A stretch of 64,000 nt of DNA from a virus, in the IMG/VR virus record IMGVR_UViG_3300033182_000678, positions 15,975 to 79,974 of that record; one strand, 5' to 3'. Position 1 is the first letter of the stretch. The number at the start of each line of letters is the position of its first letter. Of this stretch, positions 25,615 through 35,071 are shown piece by piece. The notes beneath the pieces were generated by a model that worked only from the letters and a program-made list of their open reading frames with translations, did no database searches and had not been told where the DNA came from. The translations under genes and the position numbers were made by a program.

Positions 25615-26934
25615 TCACTTTTTATTCACTTTTTTTGTAAATAATTTATCACCCACTTTCAATCCAGTTGCAATTGATTTCAATTTACCGTACATAACAG
25701 GTAAATCGTGATTAGATGAGATAGTTATTTCTTTACCAGACTTTAATTTAACTTTATATACTGGTTGCTTCTCAACTGGAAAAACTTTTGTTACTTTTTT
25801 ATATCCATCGTGAGTTAAAATTTCATCACCCTCTTTTATTTTTCCAATTTCCATTTTACCATTTTCAGTTTCCACTTTATCAGTTAAAATGTGGCAACGA
25901 TTTGCCTGAGATGCAGTCCATACTGGTATGTTGAACTCTCCTGCCATACCTCTCAACTCTTCATAGATATGTCCTAACTGATGTCTTTTTTCACTAAAAT
26001 GTTGTGTGGATTTCATGATGTCTGCATAATCCACAATCACTAAATCTGGTTTGAGTCCCTGCATTTCACATTGTTGTAAATGTGCAGTAAGTGTATTAAC
26101 ACTTGCAGTTCTTGTTGGATAATATTTTATTATCAACTCACCCTTTAACTTTGAAATCTTGTTTTGTACTTCATCTTTATAATATTGTAAGTTACCTGTT
26201 GGTTGTCCACTTACAATTGTATCATATCTTAACCCTACATATTGTGCATTTAACTCTAATGTATAATGAATTACGGTTTTACCTTGTTTGACTGCATGTG
26301 CACCTAATGCCTGAAGAGTCCATGACTTACCAATACCTGCTGGAGCAACAATAACACCAAGTTCACCACCTGCCAAACCACCATCCATCAAATCATTTAC
26401 ACTATCCCATTGTGTTGGTAAACATTCTCTTGTTTGTTTAGTTAATCTCTCTTCCAAACCTGTAATATAATCATGACCAATGTCTCTTTCTACACCTGCC
26501 TTCATTGCATTATCTATAACACCTTTTATCTCATCATACTTTTGATTATCTAATAACTCAACTGATTCCATGATGGCACTTTTGATAACTTGGTTCTTAC
26601 AGAACTCAAGTGATTTTTCTTTTACAAATTCTAAATCAGGTGATTCACGATGTTGCCATGCACTTCGTAATGAATCAACAATACTCGTCTTTAGTACATC
26701 ATTTTCCACATCATCAATGACAACTTTTAATGCTTCCATTGTCGGTGGGGATTTATACTTTTTAAAATAATCTATTATTGATTTTACAAGAAACTTGTTT
26801 GAATCAGAATCAAAATAACTTACTTCTAAAATGTCACCGATAGTTTTTATAAACTTCGTATCAACTATTAAAGATGTAATAATTTTACTCTGAAAAGATG
26901 TTCCATATTTAATTAAAGATTCACTCATAACCAT
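25615..26934 (-). CDS. Replicative helicase (T4 gp41/DnaB-like), N-terminal part fused to a split-intein N-half (93 aa, 25615-25896)
   Basis: APAGIGKS, YTLE, IVDYAD and TASQANR|CHILTD...SSNH, then stop. Confidence 0.93.
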   Translation of the reverse strand: MVMSESLIKYGTSFQSKIITSLIVDTKFIKTIGDILEVSYFDSDSNKFLVKSIIDYFKKYKSPPTMEALKVVIDDVENDVLKTSIVDSLRSAWQHRESPDLEFVKEKSLEFCKNQVIKSAIMESVELLDNQKYDEIKGVIDNAMKAGVERDIGHDYITGLEERLTKQTRECLPTQWDSVNDLMDGGLAGGELGVIVAPAGIGKSWTLQALGAHAVKQGKTVIHYTLELNAQYVGLRYDTIVSGQPTGNLQYYKDEVQNKISKLKGELIIKYYPTRTASVNTLTAHLQQCEMQGLKPDLVIVDYADIMKSTQHFSEKRHQLGHIYEELRGMAGEFNIPVWTASQANRCHILTDKVETENGKMEIGKIKEGDEILTHDGYKKVTKVFPVEKQPVYKVKLKSGKEITISSNHDLPVMYGKLKSIATGLKVGDKLFTKKVNKK

Positions 26935-26943
26935 TTATAATTA

Positions 26944-28074
26944 TCATTTAGTTTTCGGAAATACACGATTTATTTTATCATTATAGTTTTTTATTTCCTC
27001 GTAGTCTCCACTTTCTGTTCCCATAAATTTTAAAATATTTTCTAAGTCAATTTTTGTTTTGTTTGATACACCATCCATGTACTTTTCAAATAAACTAATA
27101 ACTTTAAACTTATCTTTTTCATGTAGGTTCTTTATACATACTCCATCAGGTGCCCACGCATAGTGAAATGAAATGTCATCAGTATTAGTTATAATACCTA
27201 AGTTTATAAATTGTTCAATGGATTCAAATATGTGAAATATATTATATGTAGATACGGTATATTGTATTCCATAATCTATATTATATTCTTTTAGTTTATT
27301 TATATTCTTTACAAAGTTATCATGTTTAAAACCAACTCTGATATACTCACCTAAATCATATAACCCATCACAAGATACTGCAATGTAAATCGTACCTTTT
27401 TCTTTTATCTTATTCCAATACTCAAGTAATGATTCTTCTTGATATTTTAATGTAGATAAGTTTGTATTGTAATGTAGGTGTAGTTTTAATTCTTTATCAG
27501 TAACAAACTTTAGGATGTCCATGTGTTCAGGCATTATCAAAGGTTCACCACCCGCAAAATATATCTTCTTAAGTTTACCTAAGTGTTTCTTTAGATTCTC
27601 CATAAAGTTATTCTCTACTTTAATAACTTTATTTACATCAGGTGATAATCCACCCAATAACATTTCAGGTTCATACCAAGATGATGAGAAGTCATGACAA
27701 CATGTTCTACATTTAAAATTACATTGATTTGAAAATCTAATATCAATATACTGAAACTCTAATGGAACTTCACCATCAGTAGTTTTTGGTATTTCAAACT
27801 CATTATTACTTGGTTCTAAAAATCCTTGTCGTGCACTATACTCTCCTCTATCTTCTGCTAAATAACAAATATCACATAATTTATTTCTTTCTCCATTCAA
27901 CATATCCATACGAAGTTTTTTCATTTCTTCTGAATTAAATACTTCACCTATGGATTCTCTGTTTAAATTATGTGAGTATATGGTTTCTGCAATACAACAA
28001 GGTTTCACATGACCTGATGGTTGTGCATATAAATGTACAAATGGTAAGGGACAAAATGTTTTACTATTACTCAC
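26944..28074 (-). CDS. Radical SAM protein with N-terminal SPASM/twitch-type domain
   Basis: CPLPF..PCC..C..C, CNFKCRTC, FAGGEPL and YNTN. Confidence 0.9.
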   Translation of the reverse strand: MSNSKTFCPLPFVHLYAQPSGHVKPCCIAETIYSHNLNRESIGEVFNSEEMKKLRMDMLNGERNKLCDICYLAEDRGEYSARQGFLEPSNNEFEIPKTTDGEVPLEFQYIDIRFSNQCNFKCRTCCHDFSSSWYEPEMLLGGLSPDVNKVIKVENNFMENLKKHLGKLKKIYFAGGEPLIMPEHMDILKFVTDKELKLHLHYNTNLSTLKYQEESLLEYWNKIKEKGTIYIAVSCDGLYDLGEYIRVGFKHDNFVKNINKLKEYNIDYGIQYTVSTYNIFHIFESIEQFINLGIITNTDDISFHYAWAPDGVCIKNLHEKDKFKVISLFEKYMDGVSNKTKIDLENILKFMGTESGDYEEIKNYNDKINRVFPKTK

Positions 28075-28256
28075 TCAATGTTCCCATACATATCTTGTAC
28101 TTTCTTATCATAAAATTCTTTTCTCTTTTTCTCACGATATTTTTGACGAGCCTTTGCTCTTATCTCTTCTGCATTTCTTTTGTAATGTTCCATCTGCCAT
28201 CTTCTTTGGGCTTCTCTCTTCTCTTTTGCAGTATGATATTTTCGTTTTCTACCCAT
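28071..28256 (-). CDS. Small basic protein
   Basis: 61 aa, K/R-rich, translationally coupled on both sides. Confidence 0.6.
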   Translation of the reverse strand: MGRKRKYHTAKEKREAQRRWQMEHYKRNAEEIRAKARQKYREKKRKEFYDKKVQDMYGNIE

Positions 28257-28714
28257 TACTCAAACCTTTGTATAGTCCCTTGTATCATTTCAGGTGGCAT
28301 ATTTATTTTTATATCAAATATTTTTTCTAAAAGTAATATCATTTCATTTCTTGTGATAAAGATGGTTTCAAATCGTCCTCCATACTCCTCTTGACAATGT
28401 TTTACAACTGATGGATTTTTTGTTGGTATGTCGTATTTACCCATTAGTATGTGAACTTTTTTATAATCATATAATTTATAATATTTCCAAACCTTGTGTG
28501 GAATTTTTTCACCTATACTCCCTTTTCCATTTTGATTTGTCGGGTCTACATAAAGTATATCACCATTAGGACATTTTATTTCAAAATCAATCTGACTTTT
28601 GTTACCACCACTTTCTTCAATAAAATCTTTTATACCATTATAGTTTAAAATATTACGAAGCCAAGTTTGACCATCTACACCTGATTTGTTTGGTTGATTT
28701 TGTTTATCACCCAT
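28256..28714 (-). CDS. PD-(D/E)XK-like nuclease, possibly degenerate
   Basis: IDFEI...YVDPTNQ..GSIGEKIP resembles the E.K.Q..GS.DEK.P pattern. Confidence 0.5.
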   Translation of the reverse strand: MGDKQNQPNKSGVDGQTWLRNILNYNGIKDFIEESGGNKSQIDFEIKCPNGDILYVDPTNQNGKGSIGEKIPHKVWKYYKLYDYKKVHILMGKYDIPTKNPSVVKHCQEEYGGRFETIFITRNEMILLLEKIFDIKINMPPEMIQGTIQRFE

Positions 28715-29759
28715 GTGTTTTCTCCGCCATAAAATTTAATCTATTAAATGTATTTGCTAACCAACTCGTCAAGTTTGGTAAGGCAGTATACATTTTATCT
28801 TCAAGAAACATTTTTTGAAATTTATGTTTAATCATTCTTTGGATTGGTTGTGATGTGATATTCTGTACTTTTAGTTTACTACTACCACCCATAATACCAT
28901 CATCCAAATCCATTAGTCTTCTGTTCATCAACATTTGTTCTTCTGAATTACAAATGTTTTCACATAACTTTACTTGTTTTCGTTTTTTAGATGCACTCTT
29001 TAATAAATCATTGATGGTATACTTAACATCTTCACTTAACCATGGAAAGTTTTTGAGTAATGTTTTTAACCCTACTCCATGGACACCAGGTATACCATCT
29101 GATTTATCTCCATCTAAAACTCTATACAATAAAAAGTTTTTAGGACTGATACCAAATTCTTCTTTGATTCGTTCTTCATCGTACATCTTCTTTTTTGTAG
29201 GTGAGTAAACTTGAATCCTTTCATCTACTAATTGTAAGAAATCTTTATCAGTAGACATAATAGTAACTTTGTCTTTGAAGACATGTTTACTACAATAACC
29301 AATGACATCATCTGCCTCAATATTATCTATATTGATTATGGTTAAAGGTAGACATTCAAGATACTCAACAACACGATTCAACTGATGAATCATCATCTTT
29401 TGTTCGTCTTCGCGAGTCAAAAAATCATTTGCTCTATTCAAACGATGAGACATTTTTCTTCCCATTTTATATTCAGGAAAGATTTTCCTACGGCGGTTAG
29501 ACCCACCCTTACCATCAAACACGATAATGGTTCGGGTAGGTCTTACCATATTTATAGTGTAACCAATTGACCTTAAAAAACCAACTATTCCACCAATGTG
29601 AACCCCATCATCATTAGTAGTTGGTATTGCTGAAAACACTCTAATAAAAGTGTTCAGACCATCTATTAGTAAAACCGAGTCGTTTGGTTCACCACTATCT
29701 ATTTTACCGCCAGATTTTTTAATCTCCTCAAGTATTGATATGTATTTCTTCTTAATCAC
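28707..29759 (-). CDS. 5'-3' exonuclease/flap endonuclease (T4 RNase H-like)
   Basis: LIDGLN, VFDG, YK..R, EADD, STDKDFLQL and GDKSD.IPGV.GVG; GTG start overlapping the recA stop. Confidence 0.92.
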   Translation of the reverse strand: MIKKKYISILEEIKKSGGKIDSGEPNDSVLLIDGLNTFIRVFSAIPTTNDDGVHIGGIVGFLRSIGYTINMVRPTRTIIVFDGKGGSNRRRKIFPEYKMGRKMSHRLNRANDFLTREDEQKMMIHQLNRVVEYLECLPLTIINIDNIEADDVIGYCSKHVFKDKVTIMSTDKDFLQLVDERIQVYSPTKKKMYDEERIKEEFGISPKNFLLYRVLDGDKSDGIPGVHGVGLKTLLKNFPWLSEDVKYTINDLLKSASKKRKQVKLCENICNSEEQMLMNRRLMDLDDGIMGGSSKLKVQNITSQPIQRMIKHKFQKMFLEDKMYTALPNLTSWLANTFNRLNFMAEKTHG

Positions 29760-30849
29760 CAAGAACCTCATCTGTGAAGGTAACATCATCAATACCAAGT
29801 TTCTCTTTGTATCTTAATATAACCTTATCACAAATGATTTGATATACATACTCTCGTAGTTCATCATTTTCGGTGATTAAATCTTCCCAATCTTTTGATT
29901 GGAATTTATGTTCTTCACCATTTTGGTCTACTAAAGTATACCATGCTCCACCAGTTTTGACTAACTTGTGTTCTTTCAGTACGGTTAACCATGCACCATA
30001 ATTATCTATACCTCTATCAAAGTACATATCATAATCTGCATGTCTCAAAGGTGGGCCTAAACGATTCTTAATAATCTGTGCCCTACACTTCATACCTAAT
30101 ACATTCTTACCTGTATCTTTGATTTGTCCCATATTCTTCAATCTAATTCTTGTAGATGAATGGAATGGTAATGCCTTACCACCACTTGTTGTCCAAGGGT
30201 CTCCAAACATTACTCCGAGTTTTTGTCTTAATTGATTTGTGAATACGAGTGCAATCTTTTCTCTACCAATAAGTTGAGTGATTTTTCTCATCGCCTTACT
30301 GATAATGATTGCCTTGGCAGTTGCCCAACCATCTTTATCAAAGTCTGCCTCTAATTCTACTTTAGTAGATGCGGCGGCGAGTGAGTCAACCAAGATAGTT
30401 ACTAATCTATCTTTGTCACTTTCTCTAACTTTTGTTACTATTTCTTCAATTGCCTCAAAGATATCTTCTACGGTTTCTAAATGTAGATATAACATTTTAT
30501 TTAAATCTAAACCAATAACTTCCATGAACTCTTGAGAAACTGAAGTTTCAGTATCTATATAGACTGCAACTCCACCTTTCTTCTGAGTCTCTGCAAGTAT
30601 GTGTGCACCAAGTAGTGATTTACCACTTGATTCTAATCCATTGATTTCTGTAATTCTACCAACTGCAATACCACCATTAGGTCTGTTGGATATTGCCAAG
30701 TCTAACATTGAAGAACCTGTAGAAATAAATTCTCTAATGTCTGTTGGTGTGGAATCACTTCCATCTAAAAAGTATGCAACTTTATTGTCTTTAAACTTTT
30801 TATTCAGACTACTTGCCAAAGTATCGGCCAATACATCATTTACTGACAT
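29752..30849 (-). CDS. recA: RecA/UvsX recombinase
   Basis: GLESSGKS, YIDTE, VDSLAA, FTNQLR and SGGKALPF. Confidence 0.95.
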   Translation of the reverse strand: MSVNDVLADTLASSLNKKFKDNKVAYFLDGSDSTPTDIREFISTGSSMLDLAISNRPNGGIAVGRITEINGLESSGKSLLGAHILAETQKKGGVAVYIDTETSVSQEFMEVIGLDLNKMLYLHLETVEDIFEAIEEIVTKVRESDKDRLVTILVDSLAAASTKVELEADFDKDGWATAKAIIISKAMRKITQLIGREKIALVFTNQLRQKLGVMFGDPWTTSGGKALPFHSSTRIRLKNMGQIKDTGKNVLGMKCRAQIIKNRLGPPLRHADYDMYFDRGIDNYGAWLTVLKEHKLVKTGGAWYTLVDQNGEEHKFQSKDWEDLITENDELREYVYQIICDKVILRYKEKLGIDDVTFTDEVLGD

Positions 30850-30870
30850 TCATTTTCTCCTAAGTTAATA

Positions 30871-30897
30871 ATGGGAGCCACAATATATGACTCCCAT
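30871..30897 (-). terminator. Stem-loop between the SSB and recA genes
   Basis: atgggag/ctcccat inverted repeat. Confidence 0.5.
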
Positions 30898-30910
30898 ATC
30901 TTGTTATAAT

Positions 30911-31666
30911 TTACGAATTAAATAATTCATCAAAAGCTTCTGAAGTGTCTTTCACTTTAGAAGACTCTAATTCAGAACTTGTTACGGTATCTTGAGTATC
31001 TGATTCACCATCTGATTCCTCTGATGGGTTCAACCATTCATCCAATACACCTGACAAGTCGTCATAAGATAACTCTTGATAAATCTCACGAATGTCTTGT
31101 TGTTCTTTGACTTTCTCTAAGATTTCAGGTTCGTCTGAAATTGGTGTTTGATTAGGTTTTACTCTAATCTTTGTTGTAGGGAAACTAGCTCCTGTTTCCT
31201 CTGCGGATATGAACTCAACTACAACATCACGACCATTAACTGGGTCTGTAATATCACCATAATCAGGGTCAGCGATTACAGAAAGTAATTCTTGGTATAC
31301 GGTTTTACCGAATCCCCAAAATTTTACTCCTTGTTTCTCTTCACCTCTTACGATAACAGGTGCAAAAGTTCTCATTTTTGCCTCTAATTTACGAGCCAAC
31401 TGATAGTCTTCTTTGTTACCACTTCCACGAAGTTTCTGTGCAAACTCTTCAATCGGGTCAGGTCTTCCAAAGGATATTGGTGAAAGATATGAACGATTAT
31501 TGAGATTGTAGTGGAAAAATAACTCAATGAAAGGATTGTCTTTATTGAATGAATAAGGAACGATTCTGATTTGAGTTTTACCAGGTTGTGGTTTCCAAAG
31601 ACTTGATGTTCTGTTGTTTGTTGTTTGAAGTTGATTTAACCTCTTACGAATAGCATTTAAGTCCAT
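30911..31666 (-). CDS. Single-stranded DNA-binding protein (T4 gp32-like)
   Basis: WKP..G..IRIVP, WGFGK.V, D...GRD motifs; acidic tail ending FDELFNS. Confidence 0.85.
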   Translation of the reverse strand: MDLNAIRKRLNQLQTTNNRTSSLWKPQPGKTQIRIVPYSFNKDNPFIELFFHYNLNNRSYLSPISFGRPDPIEEFAQKLRGSGNKEDYQLARKLEAKMRTFAPVIVRGEEKQGVKFWGFGKTVYQELLSVIADPDYGDITDPVNGRDVVVEFISAEETGASFPTTKIRVKPNQTPISDEPEILEKVKEQQDIREIYQELSYDDLSGVLDEWLNPSEESDGESDTQDTVTSSELESSKVKDTSEAFDELFNS

Positions 31667-31781
31667 TGTTTATCTCCTATTTGTTAATTTATTAATTGTT
31701 AATTAGTATTCAAGTATAACCTTGATACAATAATATATATCATATATATTTGTAAAAAACGGATTTATTTTCATTATTTGC

Positions 31782-31853
31782 AAAAAAAATGGTCATCTTG
31801 TTTTTAAGTTTGTAAATAAGGTGGAAACTAAAAATCGTGTGACCATTTTTTTT
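31782..31853 (-). terminator. Long hairpin with U-tract just 3' of the candidate ncRNA
   Basis: aaaaaaaatggtca...tgaccattttttt outer stem, plus an inner tttttaagttt/aaactaaaaa stem. Confidence 0.65.
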
Positions 31854-31860
31854 AAGTTTA

Positions 31861-32269
31861 TGAAATCTATGGGGATGTAGGACTAACGATTACCTACAAC
31901 TTGAAGCTTGGATTTTTTATACCTTGTACCTAACACCCATCAGTTACGATGATTCTTCTCAAGATGGTTAATCTCATTGAAGTGAGTACAACCTCTGTGT
32001 TATTACCTTATCTCTCCAAGATTAGATTATTCGGTCATAAAGTGGGATTTCAGTTTTACCCTTACCCACAACAAGGTCAATAGAATCGTTTCTATTATAG
32101 TTTTATCTTCAAGTACATTAAATGATTGATGTCTCAACTACCGAAATTATTTTAACCTCAGTAGGTTCACCACAAACTCATTTCAGATTACCTTATGGGC
32201 TTCTAAAGTCTACCCATTATTCGGTCAATCCCATACAGAGTTAATTACTCTCTGTACTTTCTGATTTCA
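31861..32269 (-). ncRNA. Candidate large structured non-coding RNA (~410 nt), family unassigned
   Basis: ORF-free gap; end-to-end helix, several nested long-range helices and a duplicated UGACCGAAUAAU...AUAAGGUAAU module. Confidence 0.7.
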
Positions 32270-32346
32270 AATTTTCAAAAAACTAATTTACTTAAGACCA
32301 ATTAAGTAAGTTATGTTTATATATATATTGGAAAAATCCCAAACCG

Positions 32347-32391
32347 TATTTTTTTTTAATTTTTTTTTATTTTTTTTTATTTTTTTATTTT
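32347..32391. repeat. T/A tracts phased at about 10 bp
   Basis: (ttttttttat)n-like run upstream of the candidate ncRNA. Confidence 0.6.
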
Positions 32392-32792
32392 AACCATTCA
32401 TTAACATCAATAATAGAATGAATCTTTGTAGGAATCTTTGTTAATCCATTTTCATTTGTTAATAATAGTGTGTTCTGAAACTCATCCCAATCAACCATAA
32501 ACTTCTTATCTAAGATTCCATTATTCTTTGAACGAATAACTTCATTCAATGCATTGATTGTGTAGAGTGTATTTGATTGTTTCTTTCTATGAAGAGATAT
32601 AGTATCTATTGTTGGTTCTTGAAAGTCTTCATTGAATTCCACATTGTAAGTGCATAACAATTGTGATGGGTCATTTACATCTGTAAAGACATAAACCTTA
32701 TCATATAAAATTTTATTACAAGAAACTATGATATCAATGGATTCATTTAGTTTGTCTTGTTTAGTGAATGTACATAGTAATTGAGTCCTCAT
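32385..32792 (-). CDS. Conserved-looking phage hypothetical protein
   Basis: MRTQLLCTF...HRKKQSNTLYTINALN; start moved to 32792 to avoid overlap. Confidence 0.65.
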   Translation of the reverse strand: MRTQLLCTFTKQDKLNESIDIIVSCNKILYDKVYVFTDVNDPSQLLCTYNVEFNEDFQEPTIDTISLHRKKQSNTLYTINALNEVIRSKNNGILDKKFMVDWDEFQNTLLLTNENGLTKIPTKIHSIIDVNEWLK

Positions 32793-32793
32793 A

Positions 32794-34851
32794 TTATACA
32801 TCACACTTATATTTTTTATCGTATTGTTCGGCCTCTGGTACATCTCTACCGATTTTCTTATTGGCACAATATAACTTTTCTTTCATTACAGGATGTAGAT
32901 TCATTTCCAAGTTAACCACAGGTTCATATCCCAATCCTCTTTGTCTTGGTGCAATAGTAGAAATAGGAACTACATCACCACCTACTTCCGCCTGAAATAC
33001 TAATTGATATTCATCATTATCATCTGGCCCTTGTATAGTTAATTTTTCTTGAACCTCATCATAATCAGTAGTTCCAAATACCTCTTTCATAACTTCTGGG
33101 TCTGCATTAACACCACCCAATGACATTTTTTCCTCACCATCCATAAGGGATTTCAATGGAAACTTTTCTCTAATCGTATTCATTACACCTGATTTATATG
33201 GTTCTTTTACCATGTTCTCTACAAATGATTTATTAAAATCTTTTCCTATTTGTAAATGTTTATCAAGTTCTTCTTTTGCAGATTCATCGTTAATTGGTTC
33301 ACCACCTAAAGTTCTCATCATCATTACTGAGAATTTATCTTGATACTTACCTGTAGTTTTCTTCGCATTGAATCCATTATCAATCATTGCCTGTCTTAAT
33401 TCTTCTTTACTATATGGATGTTTTAAACTCTTCATTGTTTTAACTAATACTTTACAATAATCTTTTGCCTGACCAGTTATCTTAGATAACTTAGCAATAT
33501 ACTCATCATCATTTTCATCTAAATCTTGTATCTTACCATGTTGTTCTTCAGATACATTCTCAAAGAACTTAGATGCATTTTGTGTTGTTTTTTCATTAAA
33601 CTTTTTAGGATTTGCCTCTTCAGGTATATTATCATTTGATTTCTCTAATATTTCTTTCTGTCTCTTTGTTAGTTCTTTATATTCATTACCTTTATCTTTT
33701 CCTGCACTTTTTAATTCTTGTTTCTTTCTTACAATCTCATCATATTCTTTTTTATCTTCAACAACACCCCACTCATCAACTGCATTTACTGATGGTTGTG
33801 ATAAAAATATATCCAAATTCTTTTTCAAACTAACTTCATCTAATACACTACCATCTGGTGTTTTAACTCTCAAATACATATCAGTAGAGAATCCTTTGTT
33901 TCTACCATAGTCTGATAGTCCCATCGCCTCTACATCTCCTTTTAAATCCCATGCACCATTTTCAACTTCCCAATTACCCTCACCATATGTTGCATCTAAT
34001 CTTGATTTTATACCACCACGAACACTTTCAACTGATTGTAACCAATCCTCTGATAATATAGGTTCACTACCCTTTTCATATCTTGGTGGTTTATATGGAA
34101 CTAAAGTTCCATCTTTTAGTTTTTTCATTTGTTGTGGTAATTTTTCATTATGTTTTCTGATTGTGTCCATAAGATTTTTCATCTCATCATCAGTAAGTGT
34201 TGGGCCAATCATAGATAATACCTCTGCAGCTTGTGCCTGTATCTTACCTGCACCTGATGCATTAATCATTGATGTGATAGGTGGTGTAGTTTGATTTACA
34301 TATCTTGAATTAATTAATCTTTCTACAAGTTTAATATATTTCTTTGGAACTTTAGATGGTGAACCAAATATATCATCTGGTAACTTTGTTGGACTCTCAC
34401 CCTCTTTTAATTTTTGTTGTTCAGGTTTAGACTTTTCATATTCCTCATCACTTGGTTCTACATCTTTTTGATAATAATCATTATCAACATCACTTAATGA
34501 CTTATCTTTTTCACTTTTTGGTTGTTCTTTTTCACCTTTTTCGCTATCATCGCCCCCACTTCCACCGACAGGAACTAATTCACCATCTTTTGAAGTGTGA
34601 GTTACTTTATCATCTTTACCATAATTACCAAATCCCATATGTGTTAATCCAAGTTTCTTTGCTTGGTCACTTGTTTTGGATTCAGTAAGATTGTGTATGA
34701 GTTCTATGCGTGCTTCTATGGGCCAGTTAAACTCTTTCAACACATCAAACAATTTAATTAAGTGTTGTTCGTTGTTTAAATTAGGCACCCCATCTCTAAC
34801 ACGATAGGATAATTCGGTTAGTATTTTACTTAGTTCGTTTTTCATCACCAA
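32794..34851 (-). CDS. Large hypothetical protein, possibly head-internal
   Basis: 685 aa, highly charged; LTE motifs near the N-terminus. Confidence 0.6.
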   Translation of the reverse strand: MVMKNELSKILTELSYRVRDGVPNLNNEQHLIKLFDVLKEFNWPIEARIELIHNLTESKTSDQAKKLGLTHMGFGNYGKDDKVTHTSKDGELVPVGGSGGDDSEKGEKEQPKSEKDKSLSDVDNDYYQKDVEPSDEEYEKSKPEQQKLKEGESPTKLPDDIFGSPSKVPKKYIKLVERLINSRYVNQTTPPITSMINASGAGKIQAQAAEVLSMIGPTLTDDEMKNLMDTIRKHNEKLPQQMKKLKDGTLVPYKPPRYEKGSEPILSEDWLQSVESVRGGIKSRLDATYGEGNWEVENGAWDLKGDVEAMGLSDYGRNKGFSTDMYLRVKTPDGSVLDEVSLKKNLDIFLSQPSVNAVDEWGVVEDKKEYDEIVRKKQELKSAGKDKGNEYKELTKRQKEILEKSNDNIPEEANPKKFNEKTTQNASKFFENVSEEQHGKIQDLDENDDEYIAKLSKITGQAKDYCKVLVKTMKSLKHPYSKEELRQAMIDNGFNAKKTTGKYQDKFSVMMMRTLGGEPINDESAKEELDKHLQIGKDFNKSFVENMVKEPYKSGVMNTIREKFPLKSLMDGEEKMSLGGVNADPEVMKEVFGTTDYDEVQEKLTIQGPDDNDEYQLVFQAEVGGDVVPISTIAPRQRGLGYEPVVNLEMNLHPVMKEKLYCANKKIGRDVPEAEQYDKKYKCDV

Positions 34852-35071
34852 ATATTATTGTGATTCCATCCTTTTCTAATCTTCTGTCTTGATGTAGTAA
34901 TTCCATCTCTTCATCTGAGATATGTATTACGGTTGGTTTATTGAAATCAACTTTCTTAATCATTGGATTTGTAACTGCTTCGTTTTCAATCTGCTGTTGT
35001 GTTTTAAAAGGTGGTTTGTCCTTTGCAGTTTGAACTTTACCCAACTCTTGAACTATGTCTGATAGTTTCAT
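34826..35071 (-). CDS. Small protein with N-terminal MKLSDIVQE tag
   Basis: Shares its N-terminal motif with the 61-63 kb genes. Confidence 0.6.
   Translation of the reverse strand: MKLSDIVQELGKVQTAKDKPPFKTQQQIENEAVTNPMIKKVDFNKPTVIHISDEEMELLHQDRRLEKDGITIIFGDEKRTK

Noticed and set aside
31861-32269. tRNA cluster, tmRNA, RNase P or CRISPR array in the large gap
   Set aside because: No cloverleaf/T-loop with CCA, no tmRNA ends, no GAGGAAAGUCC, and only two copies of the repeat with no spacer periodicity
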